From Mustelus asterias (Eukaryota), in contig NC_135830.1 of the NCBI RefSeq assembly GCF_964213995.1, forward strand, positions 19,282,001-19,346,000: a stretch of DNA of 64,000 nt, given 5' to 3'. Shown in pieces: positions 1 through 13,205 of the stretch. The notes beneath the pieces were generated by a model. It had not been told where the DNA came from. It saw only the letters and a list, made by a program, of their open reading frames with translations, and searched no databases. Position numbers and translations under genes: made by a program. How positions within the stretch are numbered: the stretch's first letter is position 1; each line of letters begins with the position of its first letter.

Positions 1-2
1 TG

Positions 3-116
3 CCGGATCCCAGGGAAGAAATCGTGAGGTGGTACTTTTGCAATATTCGGCCGTATACCTGGGCTGTCACTTCTCTGAACGCCGTCCTCAATCCCCTGCT
101 GTACTTTCTTCGATAA
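3..116 (+). CDS. C-terminal end (ECL3/TM7) of a class A GPCR entering from the left; P2Y/nucleotide-lipid receptor-like
   Basis: Frame 3 reads PDPREEIVRWYFCNIRPYTWAVTSLNAVLNPLLYFLR*, with a canonical TM7 LN..LNPLLY (NPxxY) motif; TAA at 114-116. Too short for the ORF track. Confidence 0.7.
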   Translation, partial: PDPREEIVRWYFCNIRPYTWAVTSLNAVLNPLLYFLR

Positions 117-2410
117 AAAAGTTTTCAGTGGAAAGCAGGTTGCTGTGTAACACGCCAGTAACAATTGACGCATGAACAGCGTGGCTGGTCTCGTATCTCT
201 AAATTGGCAGGAGTCATTTTATTGGCCAACAAAGACAGTCGCCCGGAGTAAATCACTGGGGACTTGCATTCCCACCCCGCACCGGCGATTGGGGAAACAC
301 AAATTAAAATAATTAATGCATCTGATCTCAGAAGCGAATCTCATTAATGGTGACCATGGACAACATTATACTGTTCTTTAAACACACACACACACACGCC
401 TCGTTCAATATTGCTGTTTCGGGAAATAAATTTGCTGTCCTTATTCTGTCTGGTCTACATGTGACTCCAGACCTTCGGCAATATGGTTCAGTCTGAGCTG
501 TGTTGAGAAATTCCCCAGCAAAGCACTTACCTGTGACAAAAGCTTACAAAAAGCTCGAAAGGAATAGAGCCAGGTGGGAACCGAAAACGTCAAAATCACA
601 CCCTGCCCACGCAGTGTCTGCAGTGTCCTCCTCTATAATGCCTGAGGGCTTGTGCCAAAATTGGGAGAGCTGCCCCACCGACAAGCCAAACAACAGATTG
701 ACATAACCACACTCATGAATCGTGCCTTACAGACTCCTTCATCATAATTCCTGGGTATACTTTATTCCAGTGGCAAGTCCGTTTGACCAGAGGTCGTAGC
801 ACCGTGCTATATCGTTCAGAGTTTGAGAAGGGGTTTGCCGATTTACCACGTTACATCATTCCCCAGTTGATGAATCAATGTTCGTCAATGGTGAATGCAA
901 CTTGGAAGAAGAACTGATGGGAAAAATGGCAGATAATGTACTCGGATGGGTGTCTTTAATGTCCATCACCAGGAGTGACGGTAGCATCATTAGTGATAGA
1001 ACTTGCTGAGTCTTGGAGGACAAATCTACTAGACTGGGCCTGTGACAAGTGGTGACAGGACGAAAAAAAGGAAATAGCTATTCGGCGCATTGTTACTAAT
1101 TTTGGAATTTAGACATGTTGATAGACAGGGAAGGAGCAATGGGAGTAAGTTGAATTCACATAGGGCTGCAGATAGTTAGTGTAGAATGGGATTACTTTAG
1201 GATTGATGCTGGGATATGTTCAGAGAACGAGGAGATGTGGCCGGATCAGTGCAAGGTGATGGGGAGGACTCAGCGCTGAATTTAAATCTGAGTTATGACA
1301 GGTCGAGTTGAAGAGAGGAGTTACTGAAATTAGTTTCTGATTGACAAAGTTAAATGGACCAATAAATGCAAGAACCCTTCCACGTGCACATCTACGCTGA
1401 TTTGTGACTACATTATCATTTGTTCAATGTCCCGAGGACAAGTTCTTTGTCCCCCACCTCCTTCCATCCCCCCCACCCCTCTCTCCACCCCCCAACCCTC
1501 CGCACCCCCCCCCCCCCCGGCCCCGGCCGGTTTTTGGGTATATCAGCACCATAGAGGGTGCAGTGGTTCAAGAAGGCAGTAAGCATCATCTTCTAAAGGA
1601 AAGACATGAATATGACAAACAGCATCGCCCTTGAACGAATAAAGAAAGCTTCTGACCAAGATCAGAGAAGCAATTCATGTCCAATGCCCCTCCAAAAAAA
1701 TGAAATGAATAGTGTTATGGCAGGAGATTACGAGCTATTTCATGAAGCAAAAATAGGGAGTCGACTGCAGATTTATAATGAGATTAATTGGGGACTGTAG
1801 TATAGAGTGATCAGTGCGTTGACTTTGGCAGTAATAAGAAGCAATGGGGATACAATATTTAGTGAGAATAGTTGGGGTCAATATGGTGCAATGAGGAGAG
1901 AGTGGGCAGTAGAGAAAGTGGAATTAATGCACAGCTATGGGAAGAGTGTGATCATTGAGATTACTTTGCAATTAATACACGGATACAAGCATAAACTGGC
2001 TGACATTGAGGTAGAATTGTTTATTTTCTATTTCCAGTTGGGTGATATGCTATGTTCTCCATGTAGACACGCTCACATGGTCAATTTGAATAATTCATGA
2101 ATTTGTTACTCACTTGAGGAGAAACATGACCACTTTGTCAGCAGTGATGATAATTGTCATCACCTGTTTTATGGACTGCTGGCTTTTGCTGGGACATGCT
2201 GTTTCAACCTCAATGTAGTATTTGTAATTATAAGCTCGATAATCAATAAGAACCTGAATCTTTGTGTGAAGCCGATGATATCTGCCCTTTGTTTCCAAAA
2301 AAACGTATAATGCATGCACCCAACCCAATAGCAACACATTCCTTGTCTCTGAAAGACTGGATTTGTAAAGTTCAACAGGCCTCACAGGAGCGTCAGTTAA
2401 AATTCAATAT

Positions 2411-2732
2411 CATAGAAACCCTACAGTGCAGAAGGAGGCCATTCGGCCCATCGAGTCTGCACCGACCACAATCCACCCAGGCCCTACCCCCACATATTTA
2501 CCCACTAATCCCTCTAACCCACGCATTTTAGGAGGCAAATTTTAACCTGGCCAATCAACCTAACCCGCACATCTTTGGACTGTGGGAGGAAACCGGAGCA
2601 TCCGGAGGAAACCCACACAGACACGAGGAGAATGTGCAAACTCCACACAGACAGTGACCCGTGCCGGGAATCGAACCCGGGACCCTGGAGCTGTGAAGCA
2701 GCAGTGCTAACCACTGCGCTACCGTGCCGCCC
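2411..2732 (-). mobile_element. HE1-like tRNA-derived V-SINE
   Basis: Reverse complement of GGGCGGCACGGTAGC..GTGGTTAGCACTGCTGC head, V-domain (GTGGAGTTTGCACATTCTCC..) and CR1-like tail ending TTTCTATG. Confidence 0.9.
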
Positions 2733-2949
2733 AGTGCGGCATATCAAACATCTGGTAAATGGGATAGCTTTTAAAAAGCGGATTGAAGGATGAGTGCGGT
2801 GGAGAGGGAGGTAATTGCATAGCTTATTTCTGAGATAGCTTAATTGATAGATTGAAGTCATGGAGTGACTGGAAGATAGAGAGTTGACAATTTAATAGCG
2901 AGCTGAGATTAGGGAATAGTCACATGCTGGAAGTGGACATTCTTATTAA

Positions 2950-3288
2950 GGGCGGAGATGGTAGCACAGTGGTTAGCACTGCTGCTTCACAGCTCCAGGG
3001 GTCTGGGTTCGATTCCCGACTTGGGTCACTGTCTGTGTGGAGTTTGCACATTCTCCTCGTGTCTGCGTCAGTTTCCACCGGGTGCTCTGGTTTCCTCCCA
3101 CAGTCCAAAGATGTGCGGGTTAGGTTGATTGTCCATGCTAAAACTTGCCCCTTAGTGTCCTGAGATGCGTGGATTAGCGGGTAAACGTGTAGGGATATAG
3201 GAGTAGGGCCTGGGTTGGATTGTAGTCGGTGCAGACTCAATGGGCCGAATGGCCTCTTTCTGCACTGTAGGGTTTCTATGATTTCTAT
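2950..3288 (+). mobile_element. HE1-like V-SINE
   Basis: Same head, V-domain and tail (GGGCCGAATGGCCTC..TTTCTATG); head-to-head with the 2411-2732 copy. Confidence 0.9.
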
Positions 3289-5238
3289 CTATGAGATATG
3301 TTGGGGAAATGCACATCCTATTGGTAAATAATGTTTGTGAGGTAGAAGTACAGATAGCCACTTGGTAATGTAATGTTGTGGGGACAAAGGTAAATAGGGA
3401 GATAAAAGAGGGGGGAGATACAAAAGGGAACAGAGGGACAACTTTTTCACACAGAAGGTGGTGAGTGTCTGGATAAAGCTGCCAGATGTAGTAGTAGAGG
3501 CGGGTACAATTTTGTCTTTTAAGAAGCGTTTAGACAGTTAAATGGTAAGATGGCTATCGGGGAATATGACCCAAACGCGGGCAATTGGGACTAGCTTAGT
3601 GGTTAAAAAGGGGCGGGGGGGGGGTGGACAAGTTGAGACGAAGGGCCTGTTTCCATGTTGTAAACGTCTATGACTTTCTTGTGGCAATAACCGAGACCTC
3701 CTCCATGAAAGCCACGTGTTTCTAATAAATCGTCTGAGCTACGAAATTTTCAAGAGAGATCGAAACGGAAACAAGGGAAGATGCGTGGCAGTTACGCTCA
3801 ATAAGACCTTTGCAGCGCTGGAGAGAGATAATGGCAGAGAGTGGTCAAGCACAAAACATAATTGGCCAGATGCAAGAAATAACAAAACAGCATTAAATTG
3901 CTTTGTGTATGTTACACGCCACCCACCAAATGTACCAGAACAAATTTCCAAGTGAATTATAGAGAAGGGGCAGAATTATAGATGCATTGATGAAAGAATT
4001 TCATTCCTTGAACATAGACTGGGACAGTAGGAGCATAAAGGGACAAGAATTCCGGGATTGTATTTGGGGAATTTTCGACATTACCCTATGTCCCCAAGCC
4101 AGAGAGAATGGAAATACTGCTGAGCCTGATTCTTGAGAAATAGGTGGGCCCAGGGGATCTAGAGAGGCCGAATATTTAGAGGACAGTATCAAAAGATTCA
4201 AATTGACTTGGGAAAATGTCAAGGAATACTCTAAAGTCGCAGTAATTAATGGAAGGAGGAAAAACTTCGACAGTTCAACAAAAAAGTCTGCTCGAAATAA
4301 TTTTGGACGAGAGACAGTCAGGCAATAATTGTAATGGATGGCTCGGCTGCTGATGAAAGTGAGATGGTTCATTCAATGCACATTCCAACGCGGGTGGTAA
4401 GTAGGGAAAACAAGTCCTGAGCATCCTGCGTGAGGAAGGGGGAGATAATTAGACGAATCAGGGAAAGGGTGAATCTGATTCATGCCCGCTGTGGCAGGAT
4501 TGAAAATCAGACTCAACAAAGAAGGTTAAATAAAGAAGTGAAAATACAAATATGGGAAGAGACAGACATCAATCATAAAGTGAATCCAAAATTATCTGCA
4601 ACTGTAACAATAACGACAGATTTGTTAACGAAGGAGTAGGGCCTATTATTGATCTCAGAGGGGATTCACACATGGGTGCAATCTGCATGGCTGAGGTGTT
4701 GGATAATAACTTTCCAACTGACTTCATCCAGAAAGAACCTGCTGTCCAGGTTGTAGTGTTACAGAAATTAGTTGAGGCACTTCGTGTGCTCAAACTTGAT
4801 CAGCAGGATATGATTTCATTATTTGATTTGATTTATTATTGTCACATGTATTCGCACACAGTGAAAAAATATTGTTTCTTGCGCGTTATACAGACAAAGC
4901 ATACCCTTCATAGAGAAGGAAACAAGAGAGTGCAGAATGTAGGATTGCAGTTATACTAGGGTGCAGAGAAAGATCAACTGAATGCAGGGGAGGTCCATTC
5001 AAACGTCTGATGGCAGCAGGGAAGAAGCTGTCCTTGTGTCGGTTGGTACGTGACCTCAGACGTTTGTATTTTTATATTTATTAGTTAGGCTTGCTGTACT
5101 TGAAGTTCTCCAACACAGGTCATGTTATTAAATACTCTGTAACTCTGCTAAGTGTGAGTACACATTTGAAAGTTCCATTCCCTATCCTCCTGTACATCAA
5201 CACATTCTCACTCCCCTCTCTGCCATACACATGCATGG

Positions 5239-5239
<1 letters not shown>

Positions 5240-5301
<62 letters not shown>
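5240..5301. repeat. (CA)n microsatellite
   Basis: About 30 perfect CA units. Confidence 0.95.
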
Positions 5302-5302
<1 letters not shown>

Positions 5303-5986
5303 TTTAACGGATAGATAAACTGATCTCTTGCAACATGGATAACGAAAAAAAATTAATTTAATAGAGAGACACGGGTAGATAGATGTCCACAGTAAGATAG
5401 ATAGAGTGATGGTGAATTGTTTATCTTTAAGATATATATAGATGACAATAATTACTTGGAAATAAAGTGCAGAGCAAAACGTGGATATAGGAACAAGTAG
5501 AGAGCATAGATTGTCAGAATAGATACATGAAGAGAGACATTGACAGCTAGAAAGCTATGTGAATAGGCGCTTAATGATAATTATTACTTTTCAGATGATA
5601 AATGTCAACAGTATGGCATAAATAGCATGCTTTGCATGTTGATGTTTGGTTTGCATGAACGAGCAATGCTTGTTTGAATGTACACCATGGAAATAAGCAG
5701 GGTATGGAAAACGCAGAGTGTATTGACAGCTGATATAATGCAGGATGGGACTATTGCAAAGCCCAGTCTACTTGAGAGGGCAAGGATCTGTGTGTTACTT
5801 GTCTTGGGATGCAATTTCACGTTTCCCCCAGATGCTCTAAATTCAGTGGCCGACCTACCTCCGAAACCTAAGCCTATCAGTGAAACCTGAACACCCTGCT
5901 GTCTCGGTCGGTTTATACACAAAAGTCAGCAGCACTTGATCGGCACCATATCCACAAACATCTACTCCTTCCACCACCGACGGTCA

Positions 5987-6828
5987 GATGTAAGAGGGAC
6001 ATAGATAGGATGCAAGACTGGGCGGAGAAGTGGCAGATGGACTTCAACCCAGATAAATGCGTAATGGTCCATTTTGGCAGGTCAAATGGGATGAAGGAGT
6101 ACAATATAAAGGAAAGACTCAGTACGGTAGAGGATCAGAAGGACCTTGGGGTCCGGGTCCATAGGACTCTAATATCGGCCCCGCAGGTGGAGGAGGTGGT
6201 TAAGAAGGCGTATGGTGTGCTGGCCTTTATCAATCGAGGGATTGAGTTTAGGAGTCCGGGGATAATGATGCAGCTATATAAGACCCTCGTCAGACCCCAC
6301 TTGGAGTACTGTGCTCAGTTCTGGCCGCCTCATTACAGGAAGGATGTGGAAAAGATTGAAGGGGTGCAGAGGAGATTTACAAGGATGTTGCCTGGATTGA
6401 GTGGCATGCCTTATGAGGATAGGCTGAGGGAGCTCGGTCTTTTCTCCTTGGAGAGACGTAGGATGAAAGGAGACCTAATAGAGGTATATAAGATGCTGAG
6501 AGGCATAGATCGGGTGGACTCTCAGAGGCTTTTTCCCAGGGTGGAACTGGCTGCTACGAGAGGACACAGGTTTAAGGTGCTGGGGGGTAGGAACAGGGGA
6601 AATGTTAGGGGGAAGTTTTTCACACAGAGGGTGGTGGGCGAGTGGAATCGGCTGCCATCAGTGGTGGTGGAGGCAAACTCAATAGGGTATTTTAAGAGAC
6701 TCCTGGATGAGTACATGGGACTTAATAGAATGGAGGGTTTTAGGTTGGCCTAAAAGGTAGGGATATATTCGGCACAACTTGTGGGGCCGAAGGGCCTGTT
6801 TTGTGCTGTAGTTTTCTATGTTTCTATG
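5987..6828 (+). mobile_element. 5'-truncated CR1/HER1-type LINE (RT C-terminus and 3' UTR)
   Basis: ORF 6010-6753 has CR1 motifs ([39 protein letters not shown]); TTTCTATG tail repeats. Confidence 0.92.
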
Positions 6829-7751
6829 CATTGTAGATGCACTGTAGCAATTCAGCAAAGGCAGCCAATGCATTAAGACTTCCAAACCCACTACCACTTC
6901 CAACTAGAAGGGCAAGGCCAGCAGATACATACGAAAACCATCACCTGCAAGTTCCCCTTCAAGTCATTCACCACCCTGACTTGGAAATATATCACAGCTA
7001 TAGGTATAGGTACACCCACAGTGCTATTGGGGAGGAAATTCCAAGATTTTGTCCCAATGGCAGTGAAGTAACGGTACTAAGTTTCCAAGTCGGGATGATG
7101 AGTGACTGGAAGGGGAACTTCCAGGTGGGTGCGCTCTTGGATTTGAAGGTGATTATCTAAGGTGCGTGTCGTGATTTCCTGCACTTGCCTTCCAGACAAG
7201 TGGTGAGTAGTCCAGCACTTTTAACTTGTGCTTTGTAGATGGTGGACAGGCTTTGTGAAGTCAGGAGGTGTCCTGTTCGCCGTACCATTCCTAACCCCTG
7301 ACCTGCATCTGTAGCTGCTGATTGATCTGTTAATCTGTTTACCTAATCAAAATCGGAGCATCTATTTCTCTCCTCGGTGAATTTTCAATGCTTCAGGGTT
7401 TCCTGGATGCAGTTTCAGGCACATGTAAGAACAAGTGTCATGCTCTTGTAAGATATGATATACAGGTAGTACTCAATAGCGGATTCACTGGGGGGTGGGG
7501 GGGGGAGGGGCGTGGAGTGGAGGGGCCTGTTTAGTGGTTGAGCTTTATGAACGAGACTAATAATGCAGAGCACCAAGCTGAAGATCTGGAAACAAGGGTT
7601 CGAATTACACAACAACGTATTAACTCAGCGAATCAGTTCAAGGTCAGTTAGGGTTGACTGCAAATGAATGAGGCAAATGCCAACTTTGTAACTTGTCTTC
7701 ACGCTTCAGCATGGGATCGATTTGGAACAACTGCCCAGCAGTGAGCTAGAT

Positions 7752-7824
7752 GGACCAGTGGCGTAATGGATAACGCGTCTGACTATGGATTGTAATGCTC
7801 CAGGTTCAACTCCGAGCTGGTCTG
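7752..7824 (+). pseudogene. tRNA-Arg(ACG)-derived pseudogene
   Basis: GGACCAGTGGCGTAATGGATAACGCGTCTGACTATGGA..CCAGGTTCAACTCC..CTGGTCT resembles vertebrate tRNA-Arg(ACG). Anticodon reads ATG, the 3' anticodon stem is broken and the T-loop is GTTCAAC. A T-run terminator follows about 10 nt downstream. Confidence 0.8.
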
Positions 7825-8249
7825 GTGTGAACTTTTTTAAAAGAGTTGATAAATTCCATGTATTAAATATATTTTCGTTAAATAAATGCAAACAAAATTT
7901 GATCAACTTGATTCAAATACTATGAATACATTTCGTTTAAGGAACTTGTTTTTGAACAAATGCTGACATAGTCCACATACATTCTGCACAAAAATGTTTG
8001 AATAAGTTCAGGTTAGCTTTCAAACACTTGACAAATGTTTGATAAATTGTATGAAAACATTTATTTAAATAACTTTAGCTAGTTTTCAAAAAGCGGAGCA
8101 TTCATAGAAAATACTATGGAAAATTAACGTAACTATTTTTTTAAATGACCAACTCTCGTCAAATATTACAGAGGAATTCCTTCTAAATATGTTTAATTGC
8201 AAAAAGTTCACAAAAGCCTTCAATTTGATAGAAATACTTCACAAGCCAC

Positions 8250-8545
8250 GGGGCGGGATGATGGAACAGTGGTTAGCACTGCTGCTTCACAGAGCCAGGG
8301 ACCCGGGTTCAATTCCCTGTTTGAGTCGCTGTCTGTGCGGAGTTGGCACGTTCTTCCCGTGTCTGTGTGGGTTTCCTCCAGTGCTCCGGTTGCTTCCCAC
8401 TGTTCGAAAGACGTGCTGGCTAGGTGTGTTAACCATGCTAATTTCTCCCTCAGTATACCCGAACAGGCGCTGGACTGTGGCGACTATGGGGTTATCACAG
8501 TAACTACATTGCAGCGTAAGTCTACTTGTACTTTATAATAAATTA
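8250..8545 (+). mobile_element. V-SINE, second subfamily (different 3' tail)
   Basis: tRNA-like head and V-domain, with a TTCTCCCTCAGT..GGCGACTA..CACAGTAACT..AATAAA tail shared with copies at ~45110, 52291, 54365 and 59503. Confidence 0.8.
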
Positions 8546-9699
8546 AGTTTAAACTATTTCATTATGATGACAACTTCTAGTTAAATTCCATGGAGAAATT
8601 TCTTTGAAGCAAGTTTCGTTTGAAAAGCATACAATTTACTTAAATTAGATGGAGACATTTTAATTCTATAAGTTTAAACGAGTTTTCAAAAGTTGCCAAA
8701 TTCTAGTTAACGTACCTGACGGGCAAATGATTTGAATTCTGGAATATGGAGTAAAATGTCAAATTTTGCTGATCAAACCAAATTTGGAGGAGCAACAAAC
8801 AGTGTTGATGATATCAGTCGCCTGCAGCAGGATATAGAAAGGCAGACGGTGGCTGAAAGAGAAGCGTGAAGTGATGCGTTATGGCAGAAGGGATAGAGAA
8901 AGCGACAATACAGGCTTAATGTCATGGTCCAAAAGCATGCGCAGAGACAGAATGAACTAGGATGCATGTTGCAGTTTTGAATGTAGCAGGACATATTGGA
9001 AGAGTGGTTACTAGCGCACATGGCATCTCAGACTTTATGTAGAGTGGCATTGAGTACAATGACGGGTATTATGCAAACGCTTAGTTAGGCCTCAACTAGA
9101 CGATCATGTCCAGTTCTGGTCTCGACATTTCAGGAAGGATACGAAGTCATCTCGACGATATAGAGAGAGATTTATCAGAAGGGTTCCAGGAATGAGGGAG
9201 AACTTAGAGAAAAGCTGAGATTGAGAATACCGGGGTTGTTCTCCATTGGAGTGAAGGAGAATGGGGGAGATGAGAATTCGTGGACCATTTTAGGGCAGAT
9301 TTGGATGAGGTGGATTAAGAAAAGCTACTCATATTTGCTGAAGAAGCTGAAGGGACACATTTCAGATTGGGGGCGGGGTGGGGGGGGGGGGGGGGGGGGT
9401 TGCTGGGTTGATATGTTGATGTGAGAAGGAGGTTTTATCAGGAAGGCCTGGCAATGACCCAAATGCATTAGCCATGACCATGTTGGATGCGGTTATTATA
9501 ACAACATAGAGAAAAGAAGATGGTTCTCCAGGAGGATTCTGACGGTGGATAAGCCATTACTGAGGGCGCCAGGGCAAATAATGGGAAATTCGCGCCAATG
9601 TGATACCGACTGTTGCACGTCTGCCAACTTCAGTCCGGCTAACGCCCCGACCCCGACTGTCAATGAATTCGCCGGCTGGGCCATGGGAGATTTCCACCC

Positions 9700-12160
9700 A
9701 GACTCAGACTATCTACAAGATGCACTGCAGCAATTCATCAAAGATCCTGAGACAGCACCTTCCAAACCCACGACCACTTCCACCTAGAAGGACAAGGGCA
9801 GCAGATAAATGAGAACACCGCCACCTGCAAGTTCCTCTCCAAGCCACTCACCATCCTGACTTGGACGTATACCGTCGTTCCTTCGCAGTCGTTGGGTCAA
9901 AGTCCTGGAATTCCCTTCCTAACGGCATTGTGGGTCAATCCCAGAACACGGACTGCAACAAACATACATAGAACAGTACAGCACAGAACAGGCCCTTCGG
10001 CCCACGATATTGTGCCGAGCTTTATCTGAAACCAAGATCAAGCTATCCCACTCCCTATCATCCTGGTGTGCTCCATGTGCCTATCCAATAACCGCTTAAA
10101 TGTTCCTAAAGTGTCTGACTCCACTATCACTGCAGGCAGTCCATTCCACACCCCAACCACTCTCTGCGTAAAGAACCTACCACGAATAACCTTCCTATAT
10201 CTCCCACCATGAACCCTATAGTTATGCCCCCTTGTAATAGCTCCATCCACCCGAGGAAATAGTCTTTGAACGTTCACTCTATCTATCCCCTTCATCATTT
10301 TATAAACCTCTATTAATTCTCCCCTCAGCCTCCTCCGCTCCAGAGAGAACAGCCCTAGCTCCCTCAACCTTTCCTCATAAGACCTACCCTCCAAACCAGG
10401 CAGCATCCTGGTAAATCTCCTCTGCACTCTTTCCAGCGCTTCCACATCCTTCTTATAGTGAGGTGACCAGAACTGCACACAATATTCCAAATGTGGTCTC
10501 ACCAAGGTCCTGTACAGTTGCAGCATAACCCCACGGCTCTTAAACTCCAACCGCCTGTTAATAAAAGCTAACACACTATAGGCCTGCTTCACAGCTCTAT
10601 CCACTTGAGTGGCAACCTTTAGAGATCTGTGGATATGGACCCCAAGATCTCTCTGTTCCTCCACAGTCTTCAGAACCCTACCTTTGACCCTGTAATCCAC
10701 ATTCAAATTAGTCCTACCAAAATGAATCACCTCACATTTATCAGGGTTAAACTCCATTTGCCATTTTTCAGCCCAGCTGTGCATCCTATCTATGTCTCTT
10801 TGCAGCCTACAACAGCCCTCCACCTCATCCACTACTCCACCAATCTTGGTGTCATCAGCAAATTTACTGATCCACCCTTCAGCCCCCTCCTCTAAGTCAT
10901 TAATAAAAATCACAAAGAGCAGAGGACCAAGCACTGATCCCTGTGGCACTCTGCTAGCAACCTGCCTCCAATCCGAAAAGTTTCCATCCACCACCACCCT
11001 CTGTCTTCGATCAGATAGCCAGTTACCTATCCAATCGGCCAACGTTCCCTCTATCCCACACCTCCTTACTTTCATCATAAGCCGACCATGGGGGACCTTA
11101 TCAAACGCCTTACTAAAATCCATGTATATGACATCAACTGCCCTACCTTCATCAACACACTTAGTTACCTCCTCAAAAAAGTCAATAAAATTTGTGAGTC
11201 ACGACTTGCCCTTCACGAATCCGTGCTGACTATCCCAGATTAATCCGCATCTTTCTAAATGGTCGTAAATCCCATCCCCATGGGCCTTTTCCATCAATTT
11301 ACCAACCACCGAAGTAAGATTAACCGGTCTCTCATTACCAGGGTCATTTCTATTCCCTTTCTTAAACAGAGGAACAACACTCGCCATTCTCCAGTCCTCT
11401 GGCACCATCCCCGTGGACAGTGAGGACCCAAAGATCAAAGCCAAAGGCTCTGCAATCTCATCCCTTGCTTCCCAAAGAATCCTAGGATATATTTCATCAG
11501 GCCCAGGGGACTTATCGACCTTCAGTTTATTCAAAACTGCCAGGACATCCTCCCTCTGAACATCTATTTCCTCCAGCCTATTAGCCTGTAACACCTTCTC
11601 TTCCTCAAAACCATGGCCCCTCTCCTTGGTGAACACTGAAGAAAAGTATTCATTCATCACCTCGCCTATCTCTATTGACTCCATACACAAGTTCCCAGTA
11701 CTGTCCTTGACCGGCCCTAACCTCACCCTGGTCATTCTTTTATTCTTCACATAAGAGTAAAAAGCCTTGGGGTTTTCCTTGATCCGACCCGTCAAGGACT
11801 TCTCGTGTCCCCTCCTAACTCTCCTAAGCCTCTTTTCCAGCTCGTTCCTTGCTAACTTGTAACCCTCAATCGAGCCATCTGAATCTTGTTTCCTCATCCC
11901 TACATAAGCTTCCCTCTTCCTTTTCACAAGACATTCCACCTCTTTCGTGAACCATGGTTCCCTCACTCGGCCATTTCCCCCCTGCCTGACAGGGACATAC
12001 CTATCAAGGACACCCAGTATTTGTTCCTTGAAAAAGTTCCACTTTTTATTAGTGCCTTTCCTTAAGAAGGCAGATTATCACCACCTTCTCAAGGGCAACT
12101 GGAGATGGGCAATAAATGCTGGCCAGCCAGCGACGCCCATGCCCCACGAATGATTAAATT
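9700..12160 (+). mobile_element. Older LINE 3' end, split by a younger CR1 insertion
   Basis: Sequence ..GGACTGCA at ~9955 resumes as TTAAGAAGGCAG..CACCACCTTCTCAAGGGCAA..AATAAATGCTGGCC at ~12062. Related 3' ends occur at ~6830-7030 and ~15510-15700. Confidence 0.65.
9960..12061 (-). mobile_element. CR1/HER1-type LINE, 5'-truncated, with frameshifted ORF2 (RT)
   Basis: ORFs 11199-11966 and 10038-11123: [43 protein letters not shown]; CATAGAA tail. Confidence 0.95.
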
Positions 12161-12790
12161 TAAAAAAACGTACATCGGGACTGAGTTTGATGATGAAAAT
12201 TCTTTGTGAAGTGTCGGGTCAACTTCTATGAAATGCCACTGTGTTTTGTTAGTGCTGCAATGCAAAACGCGTCTGACTGCCGATTCGTGGCTTATGGCTG
12301 GCTCAGTGTGAATTTTAAGTAGCATATCACTAACTCTATGATGGTTCCGATTTTTAACAAAATCGTTTCCTGTTGGACAGACAGAGAAGCATAAAATCTT
12401 CAGCGTGGGATAAGCTGCAGTTCCGCAAAGCCACCAGCAGGCGGCGAAACCATCCGACTGAAGCACGCAACGTGCGATTAAACATAAAGGACAGTCAGTA
12501 AAGGTGGTTCCCATTCAACATATTAAATAAAATCACAATGAATAGAGATCACGACGATATAATGGTGAATATAAACTGGGGGGGGGGGGGTGAAGGAAGG
12601 AGATATGAAGTGAATATTATTTAAAATTAGGTGAGCAAGTGGCTAAAACGGTCAGAGAGAAGGGAAAAAGCAACTGATACTTTTAGGTTCGCTGAGTCTA
12701 AGCCGGTGATGACCATTTGAATTATAAACAAAAGAGTAAACTGCTAAAAAAATACCCTCCGTCGCAATTTACAGTGGAAATCAGACACTG

Positions 12791-13205
12791 ATGGATCCGC
12801 CGTCCTTCCATCTTCATCACGACCTGGAACCCCAGAAACTCATGTTAACATTTTGTGAGTTTACATACTTTGTCAATCTCTTAATTGTTCCATTTGGCCT
12901 GAGTAATTTCGAGTTCACAGCCGTTCAATGTGAGGATGAGAGCTCAGAGTCGTTTTTGTCTCAGGAAGGGAAGTGGGTTGAATTGGATTGCGGGCTTCCC
13001 TTTGCTTCTCAGAGTATCATAGCCTGGTACAGGCAAACGCTGACAGAGGGTGCGGATTTCATCAACTGTAGGCATTAGGGAACTGAGACTGCAGGACGCT
13101 GCGTATTGTCCTTCGACAAAGTAATGAAACCCAACAGCATCGCTGCAGATGACAATAGCACCTAGGACGCTCATGTGCATAATTGTGTGCAGAGAAGGCA
13201 CTGAG
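12791..13205 (+). pseudogene. Antigen-receptor V gene pseudogene, TCR alpha/delta-like (leader exon 12791-12854, intron 12855-12920, V exon 12921-13198)
   Basis: Phase-1 66-nt GTGAGT..CACAG intron followed by (S)VQC|EDESSESFLSQEGKWVELDC-x11-WYRQ..GR..SFDK..DAHVHNC, then heptamer-like CACTGAG at 13199-13205. Two in-frame TAG stops, a poorly hydrophobic leader and no clear nonamer. Confidence 0.65.

Noticed and set aside
1404-1634. Proline-rich ORF
   Set aside because: Derived from a poly-C tract next to an old repeat fragment.
2514-3361. Recurrent ORFs such as MDCGRKPEHPEETH and STAASQLQGPGFDSR across the window
   Set aside because: They are translations of V-SINE copies, not a protein family.
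5596-5890. Acceptor-like TTTTCAG followed by a vaguely IgSF-like ORF
   Set aside because: No correctly spaced C-W-C core and it contains a stop; cannot be supported by eye.
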